Notes: generated by a model from the letters alone, not told the origin. A stretch of DNA of 64,000 bases from Minisyncoccota bacterium (GCA_017991635.1 JAGOQE010000001.1:550-64549), one strand, 5' to 3'. Shown: positions 37,792 through 47,400, counted from the stretch's first letter. Numbers and translations are program-made.

Positions 37792-38320
37792 CGTCACCTT
37801 CACCTCTTTCTTCAAGAGCGCTGTACCTTCGGGTGAGTCTCTCCATCCGCGGTGGAGTATGATGGCGAAATCCAAAATTTGAAAATACACCTGGCTGAAC
37901 GGTCTTAGGTAGATTAAACACAAATTCGTTTTCAGTGCCTGGTACAGGAACCCAACCTCGACGTTCATACATGCCTATTGCAGGCGAATTCGGGTCAAGT
38001 TCAGCAATGCCCTCACGCAACACCCCTGTCTTCCCCTTCTGTTTAAGCATTGACTCAACCTTATCCATAAGCGCACTACCATACCCCATTCCTCGTTTGT
38101 CTTCATTTATGTAGAGCATGCCAAGTTCGTAGCCGGGTACTGGTTTTGAGAAATATACGAGCTTTGCATATCCAACAGACTCACCATTAACCTCCAAATC
38201 AATATCGTGTTGCGCAGGAAGTTCTGGAGAAGCTTCCTTTGGACGCAAATGGTTAACGTGCACAGATTCCTGTTTTGGTTTTTCTTGTCCTCCATTTCCA
38301 CCTCCTGACTCAATAGACAT
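37766..38320 (-). CDS. GNAT-family N-acetyltransferase
   Basis: Motif A RGMGYGSALM. Start trimmed to MSIESGG because the longer track ORF ran into the tRNA gene. Confidence 0.6.
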   Translation of the reverse strand: MSIESGGGNGGQEKPKQESVHVNHLRPKEASPELPAQHDIDLEVNGESVGYAKLVYFSKPVPGYELGMLYINEDKRGMGYGSALMDKVESMLKQKGKTGVLREGIAELDPNSPAIGMYERRGWVPVPGTENEFVFNLPKTVQPGVFSNFGFRHHTPPRMERLTRRYSALEERGEGDVTGEGERQ

Positions 38321-38344
38321 ACGAAAAGTATATCTCACAAAAAG

Positions 38345-38418
38345 TGCGTCCACTTGGACTCGAACCAAGGACCGCCGAGGTATAAGCTCGGTGCTCTAAC
38401 CAACTGAGCTATGGACGC
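38345..38418 (-). tRNA. tRNA-Ile with UAU anticodon (unusual in bacteria)
   Basis: Acceptor GCGTCCA/TGGACGC. D-arm GCTC-AGTTGGTTA-GAGC. Anticodon stem CCGAG/CTCGG with loop CUUAUAC. T-arm CTTGG-TTCGAGT-CCAAG. Discriminator A. 74 nt. Confidence 0.6.
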
Positions 38419-38483
38419 CCACACACTTTACACCAAAATACAGGAGTCTGCAGAGTATTGACGACTCTCAAATCTGACGTAGT

Positions 38484-38945
38484 GTGCTACTAGAACAGCA
38501 CTACAAAACACGGGAGAAAACCATGGAAACCCAGGGTAGGCTTACGTACCAAAAAAACTTCGGCTATTACTGGATCACTGGTCTTAGCAAAATATTCTTC
38601 GTCCTACTGTGTGCTCTGTTTGGGGGCGCGATTCTCGCACTATTCCCTGTTATGTTCGCGGCAGTGATGCTGATTGCGCCACTAAGAAGCACTGCGGACT
38701 CAGCGACGAGCGCACAAGATGCTGGCATTACCATCTTCGGTTGCCTGGTCACAAACCTCAGTCTAATCGCACTCTTCATGGGCTTTGTGGCTGGGGATTG
38801 GATTTGGGCCTTATGCTTCTTTGGCCTCTACGGCGGTGTATGCGCCGTAGCCGCAGGTCTCATTGGTATCATGGTGCTCACGTACGAGTCATCCGCTGAT
38901 AAAAGCGAGCGTCTTGAATCAGAGTATGACAGCGGATTTGCGTAA
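38484..38945 (+). CDS. membrane protein, hypothetical
   Basis: 153 aa with 3-4 hydrophobic helices. Confidence 0.4.
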   Translation: MLLEQHYKTREKTMETQGRLTYQKNFGYYWITGLSKIFFVLLCALFGGAILALFPVMFAAVMLIAPLRSTADSATSAQDAGITIFGCLVTNLSLIALFMGFVAGDWIWALCFFGLYGGVCAVAAGLIGIMVLTYESSADKSERLESEYDSGFA

Positions 38946-39004
38946 ATGATTACGCAAAACGGCGATGTTCCAAAGGAACATCGCCGTTTTGACTTTCCCT
39001 ACAC

Positions 39005-40981
39005 TTACGACTTTTGCACAGTTTCGTTTATGAGGAAGGTGTCTTCATCTTCGCTTACTTTTGGAGTAATACCGTTCACAATAAGAATCTTTTCAAACTC
39101 TTCGCGTTCAAGTGTCTCTACGTCAATAAGTTTAAGTGCGATTGCATCAAGCACGCTTCGGTGCTCGGTAATAACTGCAAGCGCTTTCTCTCGTCCTTCT
39201 TCAAGTAGGCGCGTTACTTCAGCGTCAATCTTTGCTGAAACGTCTTGTGAGTATGGCTCGTTACCGTATCCGCCACGATCAGCAGAGAATGCTACAGGTC
39301 CCACCTTTCCTGACATACCCCACTTAGACACCATGTCGCGCGCGAGTGATGTTGCTACCGCCAAATCATTTGAAGGACCAGTGGTGAGGTCTCCAAAAAT
39401 CATTTCCTCAGCAACATACCCTCCAAGAGAGACTGCGATGTCTGCGATAAACTCCTTGCGAGACTGCATCTTCTTATCTTCAAATGGGAGTTTGAGCGTG
39501 TACCCTCCTGCCCGTCCTCTACTGATGATTGAGATTTTATGTACTGGATCAGCTTCAGGAATGATAGTTGAAACAAGCGCATGTCCTGCTTCGTGGTATG
39601 CAGTCAATCGCTTCTCCTTCTTTGAAAGAAGATGGCTCTTTCTCTCAGGACCAAGCATCACCTTTTCAATAGAACGGATGAGGTCAAACTGTGTAATCTC
39701 TTTGCGCTCCTCGCGTGCTGCAAGAATCGCCCCCTCATTCATAAGTGAGTAGAGCTCAGCTCCTGAGAACCCTGGAGTACGTTCTGAAATGACTTCCAGA
39801 TTAACGTCAGGACCAAATGGCTTCTTGCGTGCGTGCACCTTGAGAATCTCTAGACGGTCCTTACGGTCAGGAAGATCAATCATGACACGTCTGTCAAAAC
39901 GTCCTGGACGAAGAAGTGCTGGGTCAAGCACGTCAGGACGGTTGGTTGCCGCCATCACAATTACCTTTTCAGCGGGGTCAAAGCCATCCATCTCAACGAG
40001 AATTTGGTTGAGTGTCTGCTCGCGTTCATCGTTTCCGCCACCCACACCAGCACCACGCACACGTCCAACAGCATCAATCTCATCCACGAAGATAATTGCC
40101 GGTGACATCTTCTTAGCAAGCTGGAACAAGTCGCGTACACGAGAAGCGCCCACGCCAACAAACATCTCCACAAACTCCGAACCTGATATGGAGAAGAATG
40201 GAACACCAGCTTCGCCAGCAACTGCGCGCGCAAGCAAGGTCTTTCCAGTACCTGGAGCTCCCATCAAGAGAATTCCCTTTGGAATACGGGCTCCAATATC
40301 AAGAAACTTCTTTGGGTTTTTGAGGAAGTCTACAATTTCTAATAGCTCTTCCTTTGCCTCTTTGGCACCAGCAACGTCCGCAAACGTAACGCGCTGAGTC
40401 GTATCAGCCGGGTCAATCATTCGGGCCTTAGACTGTCCAAACGTGAGTGCCTGTACACCTGCACCCTTCACCTGACGTGCGAGGAACCAGAAGATGAAGA
40501 TAAGGAAGAGAACAGGAATGAGGAGAGGGCCAAAGGTCAGAAACCAAAAGCGCCATCCTGACTCACTCTTAATGGTGAGCGCTACCGCTGAAATTTGTTC
40601 TGGAGTTGCGCCGTAGCTTTGAAGTGTTTCTGGAAGTGATGAGTCAGGGTCTTTCTTAGCAGTCTTCTCTACGCCATCCTTATAGGTAAGGGTAAGGTCG
40701 CTTCCAGACACGACAATCGTGGTGACGTCCCCTGCCTTCACGTCTGTCGCAATCTGCGAGAGACCAATTTCTTCCTTCTTCGTAACATTTCCCACGATGA
40801 GCGTGTACACACTCATCAATACAAAGAAGATAGCAAGGGTCGTAATGAGACTCGTAAAGAACCCGCCATTCTTTGGCAGGTGCATGTGCGGAAGGTTCAT
40901 CGGGTTTTTCTTCCCTTTTTCGTTCTTTTTAATAGGTACTTTCTTTTTTGGGGTAGGAGCCATAATAAAGACACTATACAA
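39005..40981 (-). CDS. ftsH: ATP-dependent zinc metalloprotease FtsH
   Basis: 658 aa. Two N-terminal TMs. AAA Walker [19 protein letters not shown] zinc motif. Confidence 0.9.
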   Translation of the reverse strand: MYSVFIMAPTPKKKVPIKKNEKGKKNPMNLPHMHLPKNGGFFTSLITTLAIFFVLMSVYTLIVGNVTKKEEIGLSQIATDVKAGDVTTIVVSGSDLTLTYKDGVEKTAKKDPDSSLPETLQSYGATPEQISAVALTIKSESGWRFWFLTFGPLLIPVLFLIFIFWFLARQVKGAGVQALTFGQSKARMIDPADTTQRVTFADVAGAKEAKEELLEIVDFLKNPKKFLDIGARIPKGILLMGAPGTGKTLLARAVAGEAGVPFFSISGSEFVEMFVGVGASRVRDLFQLAKKMSPAIIFVDEIDAVGRVRGAGVGGGNDEREQTLNQILVEMDGFDPAEKVIVMAATNRPDVLDPALLRPGRFDRRVMIDLPDRKDRLEILKVHARKKPFGPDVNLEVISERTPGFSGAELYSLMNEGAILAAREERKEITQFDLIRSIEKVMLGPERKSHLLSKKEKRLTAYHEAGHALVSTIIPEADPVHKISIISRGRAGGYTLKLPFEDKKMQSRKEFIADIAVSLGGYVAEEMIFGDLTTGPSNDLAVATSLARDMVSKWGMSGKVGPVAFSADRGGYGNEPYSQDVSAKIDAEVTRLLEEGREKALAVITEHRSVLDAIALKLIDVETLEREEFEKILIVNGITPKVSEDEDTFLINETVQKS

Positions 40982-40995
40982 TAGGCGTACGCTTC

Positions 40996-41832
40996 ATGAA
41001 AATTTCTGACAATCTCGCCATCATCACCTCAGGAGGAGGTATGAAATGTGCCTATAGTGCGGGCGCCATACATGCTCTTGCAACAGAGCTTGATATCACG
41101 CGCCCTGACATCTACGTGAGTGCCTCAGGCTCTACGGGGACCATGTTCTACTACCTCGCTCAGCAGTATGACGACATAGAGAAAATCTGGACCCGCTACC
41201 TTCCTTCCCCACACTTCATTCGCTACGCCCCATTCCCCGCCCTTCGTATTAATTATTTGATTGATACCGTCGCAAAAAAATATCTGCCTCTTGATGTGGA
41301 GAAAGTGGAGTATTCACCGACAAAGTTTTTCATGCCCGTGACCGACAGTGAGAGTGGTGAGACACGATTCTTGAATAAGGGTTTATGGTTTAACCCTTAC
41401 GAGATGGTCCGTGCGGCAACAGCGATACCTATTTTCTACAACAAGAACGTATGGCTTGGCGGGCGCAATTACCTTGATGGCGATTTCTCTACAAGTACGA
41501 ATGCTCTTGTACAAAAAGCGATTGCTGAAGGCGCTACTCGTATTTTGTGTATTTCAAATACTGACTCACCCTCTGAAACACGAAAATCAATTCTTCGTGC
41601 ATATGGTCGTCTGTTGAAGCCAGGACTGCGCAAAGCACTTATGGACGACCTCGCTGATGATCAGGCCATTCACATTCCAGAGGGCGTGCAGTATGTATGT
41701 CTCTCTCCAAGCTCTACCCTTCCTGCCGTTCTCTACTCACGCGAGCCGCGAAAGATTAAGGAGGCATTTTATATGGGACGAGAGGACCTGCTTGCCAAAG
41801 CAGAGGAAATACGGGCATTATTTACAGCATGA
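40996..41832 (+). CDS. patatin-like phospholipase
   Basis: GxGxxG oxyanion (TSGGGMKCAYSAG). Serine hydrolase GxSxG (ASGSTG). DG catalytic dyad (LDGDF). Confidence 0.7.
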   Translation: MKISDNLAIITSGGGMKCAYSAGAIHALATELDITRPDIYVSASGSTGTMFYYLAQQYDDIEKIWTRYLPSPHFIRYAPFPALRINYLIDTVAKKYLPLDVEKVEYSPTKFFMPVTDSESGETRFLNKGLWFNPYEMVRAATAIPIFYNKNVWLGGRNYLDGDFSTSTNALVQKAIAEGATRILCISNTDSPSETRKSILRAYGRLLKPGLRKALMDDLADDQAIHIPEGVQYVCLSPSSTLPAVLYSREPRKIKEAFYMGREDLLAKAEEIRALFTA

Positions 41833-42278
41833 TTCTCCTCGAGAACAAAAAGGTGCGACTTCGCTACTCCGTACTTGAAACGTACTCCGCTGGAATGGAG
41901 CTTTTAGGGGGAGAGGTGAAATCGCTACGAGCTCACCACGGCTCATTAGACGGCGCGCGCATCATTGTGCGTGCGGGTGAGGCATACCTTATAGGGGCCA
42001 CGATTCCTCCCTACCAAATCAAGAACACTCCTGAAAATTATGACCCTGAGCGTACACGAAGAATATTGCTCTCTAAGAAAGAAATAGCAGAGTTAGCAGA
42101 CGCAGAATCCAAGAAGGGCTTGACAATAGTGCCACTTGAGGTGTATAATAATAGGTACGTAAAGCTCCGCATCGCCATTGTAAAAGGTAAAAGCAAGGTA
42201 GATAAGCGTGAAGATCTCAAGAAGGCAGACGCCGCACGCGACATCGACCGCGCACTTAAGACAAAAGGTCGCGTGTAG
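41829..42278 (+). CDS. smpB: SsrA-binding protein
   Basis: 149 aa. Conserved ...KKGLTIVPLEVYNNRYVKLRIAIVKGK... core. Adjacent to tmRNA. Confidence 0.85.
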   Translation: MILLENKKVRLRYSVLETYSAGMELLGGEVKSLRAHHGSLDGARIIVRAGEAYLIGATIPPYQIKNTPENYDPERTRRILLSKKEIAELADAESKKGLTIVPLEVYNNRYVKLRIAIVKGKSKVDKREDLKKADAARDIDRALKTKGRV

Positions 42279-42336
42279 TAGACTAAGTGCTAGACGGAAG
42301 TTCGCAGAATGTGTTTAAGACACTTGAACGTATTCT

Positions 42337-42750
42337 GGGGGTGACCGGTTTTGACGGTCTTGTACTTTGAAAGACGTGCGACGCGATGGAAGCTTGCTGA
42401 CCATCTAAAAACACAAGCACCAATACGTGCAAACACTACTGTTGCACGCGCAAAGAGCATCCTCTCACCTTTTCAGATGAAGGACTTTGCGTTCGCCTAC
42501 GCTCGCGCTTAAACGCCCCAGTGTAGTCGACGTCTCACCATCTCCGGTTTCTGTAGCGGGATGATGGGGCGGAATCTTCTACAGAATCGATATCAGCTCG
42601 CCTTGACTGCGTATCTAAATTAAGAGGCTCGGACAGATGAGGCTTAGTCTTCATTCCTACTCACTGTCGACACCCGAAAAAAGACTACGCGTCGTAGACT
42701 CGCTTTCAAAGCTCGATTCGGACGGGGATTCAATTTCCCCCACCTCCACA
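42337..42750 (+). ncRNA. ssrA: tmRNA (ssrA)
   Basis: 5' GGGGGUGACCGGUUUUGACGG... pairs with 3' ...GGACGGGGAUUCAAUUUCCCCCACCUCCACA, giving the tRNA-like acceptor and T-arm. An internal open frame ends ...FAFAYARA then UAA. Directly downstream of smpB. Confidence 0.75.
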
Positions 42751-42756
42751 AAAAGT

Positions 42757-42785
42757 ATCCGCCCGTAAGGGCGGTTTTACTTTTC
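42757..42785 (+). terminator. rho-independent terminator after ssrA
   Basis: ccgcccgtaagggcgg followed by TTTTACTTTT. Confidence 0.6.
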
Positions 42786-42806
42786 CTTATTGTCTATAGT
42801 ACAAAC

Positions 42807-43172
42807 TTAAATCTCAACCTCCGTTGTAAATCCGCCATGCGCGAAGCGCTTCATGTCAAAAGGCATGGGCATTTCCTTTCCTGCATACTTCTCATCAAAA
42901 TACGCCATCGCTTTTTTGTTAACGATGTTACGGTCAGCCTTTGACTTGTACACGATGAAAGAAAACCACACCTCCTCGTCTTCCTTTACCTTTGCCATTT
43001 TGGGAAACGTAAAAGTGACATGCTCGGGCGTCATGTCAGTTCCCCGACACTCTTTGTAGTCTAGGGCGCCAAACTTCTTCCACACGCCCGCTGCTTCTTT
43101 TGCAATCTTCTTATAGACCGCTCTTTTATCTTTTGGAATTGAGAACACAAAACCATCAACGTACGTTGCCAT
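42807..43172 (-). CDS. DUF1428 (YbaA-like) family protein
   Basis: 121 aa. MATYVDGFVFSIPKDK...FGAL.Y.EC...FDMKRFAHGGF is colinear with the YbaA family, recalled from memory. Confidence 0.6.
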   Translation of the reverse strand: MATYVDGFVFSIPKDKRAVYKKIAKEAAGVWKKFGALDYKECRGTDMTPEHVTFTFPKMAKVKEDEEVWFSFIVYKSKADRNIVNKKAMAYFDEKYAGKEMPMPFDMKRFAHGGFTTEVEI

Positions 43173-43246
43173 AGAAATACAAAGACTAGGGAGTAATGCC
43201 TAGAGTATACGTTTTCTTATCTGTGCGAGCAAAAAAGAGGTTTTTT

Positions 43247-43918
43247 CTATTGGCTGTTACGAGCAATTGAAACTTCAAACAGTTCAGGAAGTGGCGGATG
43301 ATGAGCATCCATTGCCTCAACAAATTCTTCCTTTGGCAAAAGGAAACGTGGATTATGCAATCGCTCGTCTCCAATTGTTGAATGTGTGCGTCCTTTATAG
43401 TCGTGGGCAGGATACACTACCGTTGAATCAGGAAGTGCTCCAAACACATCGTGAAGTGACGTATAGAGTGCGTCGCTATCGCCTAATTGGAAATCGGTCC
43501 TTCCCGTTCCGCCAATCAGTAGTGCGTCTCCAGTGAACACAGCGTCTGATGTGTGTACGGAAATACTTTCATTAGTATGTCCCGGAGTTGCGCTCACTGT
43601 AAGCGTTTCTCCTCCAAGAGAGAGCGATTCCCCACCACGCACAGCCTGGTCCTTAAGTAATGAGGGTGCGAGAGCATGACGCACTAAGATGGCTCCTGTT
43701 GCTTCCCGCAAACGTTTTGCTGAGGAAACATGGTCTGCGTGCGTATGGGTTTCGATAATATAACGGAGTGTTGCGTTATGTTCCTCAAGATGACTACGGT
43801 ACACATCGTCCGCAATTTCGTCTGAAGGATCAATCAAGACCGCTTCTCGAGAGACTGGCTCAATCACGATATAGGAAAGGCATCCACGTGCTGAATGGAA
43901 AGGATAGTAGTTCATCAT
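43247..43918 (-). CDS. MBL-fold metallo-hydrolase, candidate persulfide dioxygenase (ETHE1-like)
   Basis: HTHADH metal motif. ~220 aa size. Sits next to a rhodanese and downstream of a CstR-like regulator. Confidence 0.6.
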   Translation of the reverse strand: MMNYYPFHSARGCLSYIVIEPVSREAVLIDPSDEIADDVYRSHLEEHNATLRYIIETHTHADHVSSAKRLREATGAILVRHALAPSLLKDQAVRGGESLSLGGETLTVSATPGHTNESISVHTSDAVFTGDALLIGGTGRTDFQLGDSDALYTSLHDVFGALPDSTVVYPAHDYKGRTHSTIGDERLHNPRFLLPKEEFVEAMDAHHPPLPELFEVSIARNSQ

Positions 43919-44241
43919 ACGAGAGGTAGATTAGCGTTTGACCACGCGATAATACCGCCATCGACATTTTTCGCATGAGTCATACCGAGACTGTGTAATA
44001 TGTTTGTCGCCATTGCACTTCTGCCACCTGAGCGACATATCACGTGAATTGACGTGTATGTGCTCAAGCGATGTGCTTCAGACCCTAAGCGATCAAGGGG
44101 AATATTGAGTGAGCCGGGAATGCCTGTTTCCGAAACTTCCTCTATCGTGCGCACATCAAGCAAACAGTGTCCGTTCTCTTCAATGCGCGTGTGTGCGTCA
44201 TGTACCGATATGGTGTGGGGCGAGGGTGAGAATCCAAACAT
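43915..44241 (-). CDS. single-domain rhodanese-like sulfurtransferase
   Basis: Active-site loop CRSGGRS. 108 aa. Confidence 0.75.
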   Translation of the reverse strand: MFGFSPSPHTISVHDAHTRIEENGHCLLDVRTIEEVSETGIPGSLNIPLDRLGSEAHRLSTYTSIHVICRSGGRSAMATNILHSLGMTHAKNVDGGIIAWSNANLPLV

Positions 44242-44252
44242 ACAGCAGAGTA

Positions 44253-44546
44253 CTACGCGAGCGTAAACGCCGTGCTAATAATCTGGTCCACACGCGCAGT
44301 TAGCTGTGTAGCACCCTTCCCCTCGCGAATGCACTGCTTTGCGTATGCGCGCGCGAACGCTTCTCCAAAACGCTTTAATCCATTGGTTGCCGCCTTAAGC
44401 TGATAGAGCGTCTGAGTACAGTCATCAGTATTCCCTTCCTCAAGAGAACGTTTAAGCGCATTAATTTGTCCTTCTACTCGGTTCAATCTTTGTACCAGCT
44501 CGCGGGTAGTGTCAGTAGTCTTTTTCATACACCAAAAGTATACCAT
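44253..44546 (-). CDS. CsoR-family repressor lacking the Cu(I) His ligand (Cys...Cys only; CstR-like persulfide sensor candidate)
   Basis: Core LVQRLNRVEGQINAL...DDCTQ...AKQCI. The first Cys is present, the His position is occupied by Tyr/Ala, and the second Cys is present. Start trimmed to MKKTTD so the palindrome lies upstream. Confidence 0.6.
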   Translation of the reverse strand: MVYFWCMKKTTDTTRELVQRLNRVEGQINALKRSLEEGNTDDCTQTLYQLKAATNGLKRFGEAFARAYAKQCIREGKGATQLTARVDQIISTAFTLA

Positions 44547-44563
44547 ATACCCCCCTGGGGTAT
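44546..44563. promoter_or_regulatory. second CsoR-type operator pseudo-palindrome ATACCCCCCTGGGGTAT
   Basis: Nearly the same half-sites as the csoR-copA operator at 30155-30176. Located just upstream of the CstR-like gene. Confidence 0.5.
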
Positions 44564-44608
44564 GCAAGTCTGCGCTCGCGTTTACGAAAACTGTTCTCAG
44601 CAAAACTC

Positions 44609-45274
44609 TTACCCTATATGGTTTAGCGACTCTACGCGTTTATGGTGCCGTCCTTCCATCTTCCTGAAAGCTTTCATATCACCACCACGCAAACGCATGA
44701 AGGCAAAGTTCACGTCAGCAAATCGTATGAAATCTCGCTCCGCGTCTTCAGTTCGCTCAAGGAGACGAATAAGCTCGTAGTATTTTTCTTTAGGAGTTAG
44801 GCTCTCTTTCGCAAGTGCTTGAATCTTCTCTATGAAGCGCACAAATGTGGCATTCGGTGCATCGTGCACACTCAAACTTTCAGCAAATCCCTCTGCGAGC
44901 GAGACACACTCTTCTACGCCGTCTGAGAGATAGCACACCTTCTTATCCTGCTCAAAACCATTTAACGTAGCGTACGTCCAGCTGGCCATATTTTCTGCAT
45001 CAATGAGTCCCGAGAGCCAGTAGTCGAACTGGTCGCTTTTAAGCCCGAAGAATCGGCGATAGTAGCCGAGTGCCTGTTCCCTATTCGTAATCAGTGCGCG
45101 GTCATGGGCGATGACGTCGTACCGCGTAATGCAGTGCATAGCGACATCCACCATTTTATTCTTTCGATTGATTTTTGCTGCGGAGTAACCGACGACAAGA
45201 GCAATAACGAGGGCACCAATCGGGAGGAGTGCGGTAACCACATTCGATATATATTCTGCAGTTTCGATAATCAT
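44609..45274 (-). CDS. membrane-anchored hypothetical protein
   Basis: Start placed at internal MIIETAEY. The longer track ORF would share its ATG with the divergent gene at 45327. One TM, then a cytoplasmic domain. Confidence 0.4.
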   Translation of the reverse strand: MIIETAEYISNVVTALLPIGALVIALVVGYSAAKINRKNKMVDVAMHCITRYDVIAHDRALITNREQALGYYRRFFGLKSDQFDYWLSGLIDAENMASWTYATLNGFEQDKKVCYLSDGVEECVSLAEGFAESLSVHDAPNATFVRFIEKIQALAKESLTPKEKYYELIRLLERTEDAERDFIRFADVNFAFMRLRGGDMKAFRKMEGRHHKRVESLNHIG

Positions 45275-45326
45275 GATTGGGTGTTTCCTAAATAGTAACC
45301 GGGCGTGAGCCGTATATACTAGGAAC

Positions 45327-46184
45327 ATGGTAAAACGTCTTTTAAAAAAACTTGTAGTCGCACTTCTATTTCTTCTGGCATTTTTTGGGTTCTATCTACT
45401 CTCTAAAACTCCCGAAACTGACCGAACGTGGCTTCCTGAGCAAGCAGAGACAGCGACGGTCACGCGCGAGGGCGACATGGTCACCATTCACAATCTGCGT
45501 GATTGGACCTATGACGCAGAAAGGCCTCTTGAAACTACCTGGACGAGCAAGACCATTAACCCAGACGACATTGAGCGCACCTGGTTTATCATTGAGCCGT
45601 TTGCTGACTGGAAAGCAGTTGGCCATACCTTCCTCTCCTTTCAACTTGTGAGTGGTGAAGTAATTTCATTTTCTGTTGAGGCGCGTCGTGAACAAGGCGA
45701 AGAGTACAAGGCCACAAAAGGTCTCGTGCGTGAGTATGAACTCTCCTACCAGTGGGGTACCGAACGCGATTTTGTAACGCGTCGCCTTATCTACCTCAAC
45801 CATCCTCTCAGGCTCTACCCCATGACTCTTTCGAAGGAGGACTCAAGGGCGCTCTTTCTCTCGCTTACGGAGGAAACCAACGTGCTTGCGGAACACCCGC
45901 GCTTCTACAACACTCTGACGGCCAACTGTACCAACATCTTGGCGAAGATTGTAAACAAGCACTACCCAGGCACGCTTCCCTACGATTTGTCGTGGAACTT
46001 TACTGGATATGCCGACCTCTACTTATTTAAGGAGGGACTTATTGCACAAACAGGAACACCAGAGGAAACTCAAGCGCGAGCTGATCTCACCCCACATCGT
46101 GACGAAGTAGTTTCATTCTCAACATCACTGCACACTACGTTTAGTACCAAACTTCGAGCACTTATTCTCTCATCTGGACTTTAG
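45327..46184 (+). CDS. hypothetical protein with N-terminal TM anchor
   Basis: 285 aa. LLKKLVVALLFLLAFFGFYLL anchor. Confidence 0.45.
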   Translation: MVKRLLKKLVVALLFLLAFFGFYLLSKTPETDRTWLPEQAETATVTREGDMVTIHNLRDWTYDAERPLETTWTSKTINPDDIERTWFIIEPFADWKAVGHTFLSFQLVSGEVISFSVEARREQGEEYKATKGLVREYELSYQWGTERDFVTRRLIYLNHPLRLYPMTLSKEDSRALFLSLTEETNVLAEHPRFYNTLTANCTNILAKIVNKHYPGTLPYDLSWNFTGYADLYLFKEGLIAQTGTPEETQARADLTPHRDEVVSFSTSLHTTFSTKLRALILSSGL

Positions 46185-46237
46185 TCAAAAATACAGTACA
46201 TTCACACCAGAGCATCAAACACGCCAAGGAGGCACGC

Positions 46238-46729
46238 ATGCGCGTAGCATCTGAAACCATACTGCGATTCTTCTTTGAGGCCATGCAACACGGCTACGCC
46301 TCTGGTAATCCGCCCTCGCAATCAGCAAACGATACCTACTCGAAAGAGTTCGTGTATGAGCGAGGTGACTTCAAGCTTCGCGACCGGTGGCTCAGTATCC
46401 CTGGGAGTATCCGTTCGTCAGGTGAAACCATTATCTGGCACAAAGGTGTGCCAGTCTGGTTCATGAGCTACTACGGCCACTACCCGCCTGTCGCAATCCA
46501 TGCTCTTAAACATGCGCTCAATGAGATGTATGTCGTGCGCAGTGAATTCTTGGGTGGTCGTGGTCCCCGTTTCTTTGAGTACGAGGATGGCTTGGTGTAC
46601 CTCAACACTCCATCTGAGCACAGCTCCTTTGATTGGTTTCGGGGTACAGAAGAAATTGTTCAACGGCAAAACAAAAACCCTTTCATGAAGCATGGGCGTC
46701 ACGACTACATGGGCGGTCGCCTCAGTTAG
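46238..46729 (+). CDS. hypothetical soluble protein
   Basis: 163 aa. A weak hairpin plus T-run follows at about 46741-46790. Confidence 0.4.
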   Translation: MRVASETILRFFFEAMQHGYASGNPPSQSANDTYSKEFVYERGDFKLRDRWLSIPGSIRSSGETIIWHKGVPVWFMSYYGHYPPVAIHALKHALNEMYVVRSEFLGGRGPRFFEYEDGLVYLNTPSEHSSFDWFRGTEEIVQRQNKNPFMKHGRHDYMGGRLS

Positions 46730-46785
46730 AGACTCACGGTCTCGCACAGAAAAGCTTCGCGCTTTGGTGCGAGGCTTTTCTTGTT

Positions 46786-47331
46786 TTAAAAGAGCAGTGT
46801 TTTGAATGCGAGAAGAATAAGCACTGCCGCACCAAGAAATTCAATCTTCGTTCCGATTAGGTGCTTCCCTCTCATTCCTGCAAGCACACCAAGAAGAGAC
46901 ATGAGGAAGGTCACAAGACCGATAGTGATGATGGTGGTCGTCACACGGACTGGAATAACGGTGAACGTAATACCAATAACAAAAGCATCAATACTTGTAG
47001 CGAGGGCGAGAAGGTAGAGCGCTGTGTCGTGACGAATATCCTTTTCGTTCTCTTTGTCTTCTTTGTTAAAGGACTCCACAAGCATCTTCACTCCAACAAC
47101 CATCAACAAGACGAAAGCAACGATACGTCCGTATTCAAGAAAGTGCTCTTTGAAACTTGAACCGAGCCAAAACCCTAGAAGAGGCATGAGAGCGTGAAAG
47201 GCACCAAATACAAACGCCATGTAAAGAGCGCGCTTCATCTTTATTTTTCCAAGCACGCTCGCGCCCACCGATACGACAGCAACATCGAGTGAGAGCGTGA
47301 ACGCAATAAGGAGCGTGTCGAGGAGTTCCAT
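46786..47331 (-). CDS. mntP: manganese efflux pump MntP-like (two DUF204 repeats)
   Basis: Repeated ...SLDVAVVS... / ...SIDAFVIG... half-domains with an acidic loop between them, colinear with the MntP/YebN family. Confidence 0.6.
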   Translation of the reverse strand: MELLDTLLIAFTLSLDVAVVSVGASVLGKIKMKRALYMAFVFGAFHALMPLLGFWLGSSFKEHFLEYGRIVAFVLLMVVGVKMLVESFNKEDKENEKDIRHDTALYLLALATSIDAFVIGITFTVIPVRVTTTIITIGLVTFLMSLLGVLAGMRGKHLIGTKIEFLGAAVLILLAFKTLLF

Positions 47332-47356
47332 GTTTCTCCTATCTTACCGCGAATAG

Positions 47357-47383
47357 TAAAACGCCTCCAGAAGGAGGCGTTTT
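47357..47383 (-). terminator. rho-independent terminator after the 47401-47727 gene
   Basis: aaaacgcctcc-agaa-ggaggcgtttt hairpin with a T-run on the minus strand. Confidence 0.5.
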
Positions 47384-47400
47384 ACTATGTACGCTATCAC

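Noticed and set aside
38321-38368. N-terminal extension of the GNAT ORF
   Set aside because: It runs into the tRNA-Ile gene (38345-38418). The start was moved to the internal Met.
45275-45328. Minus-strand ORF start at 45328 sharing its ATG nucleotides with the plus-strand gene start at 45327
   Set aside because: Two divergent genes whose start codons overlap leave no room for either promoter. The internal MIIETAEY start at 45274 is more plausible.
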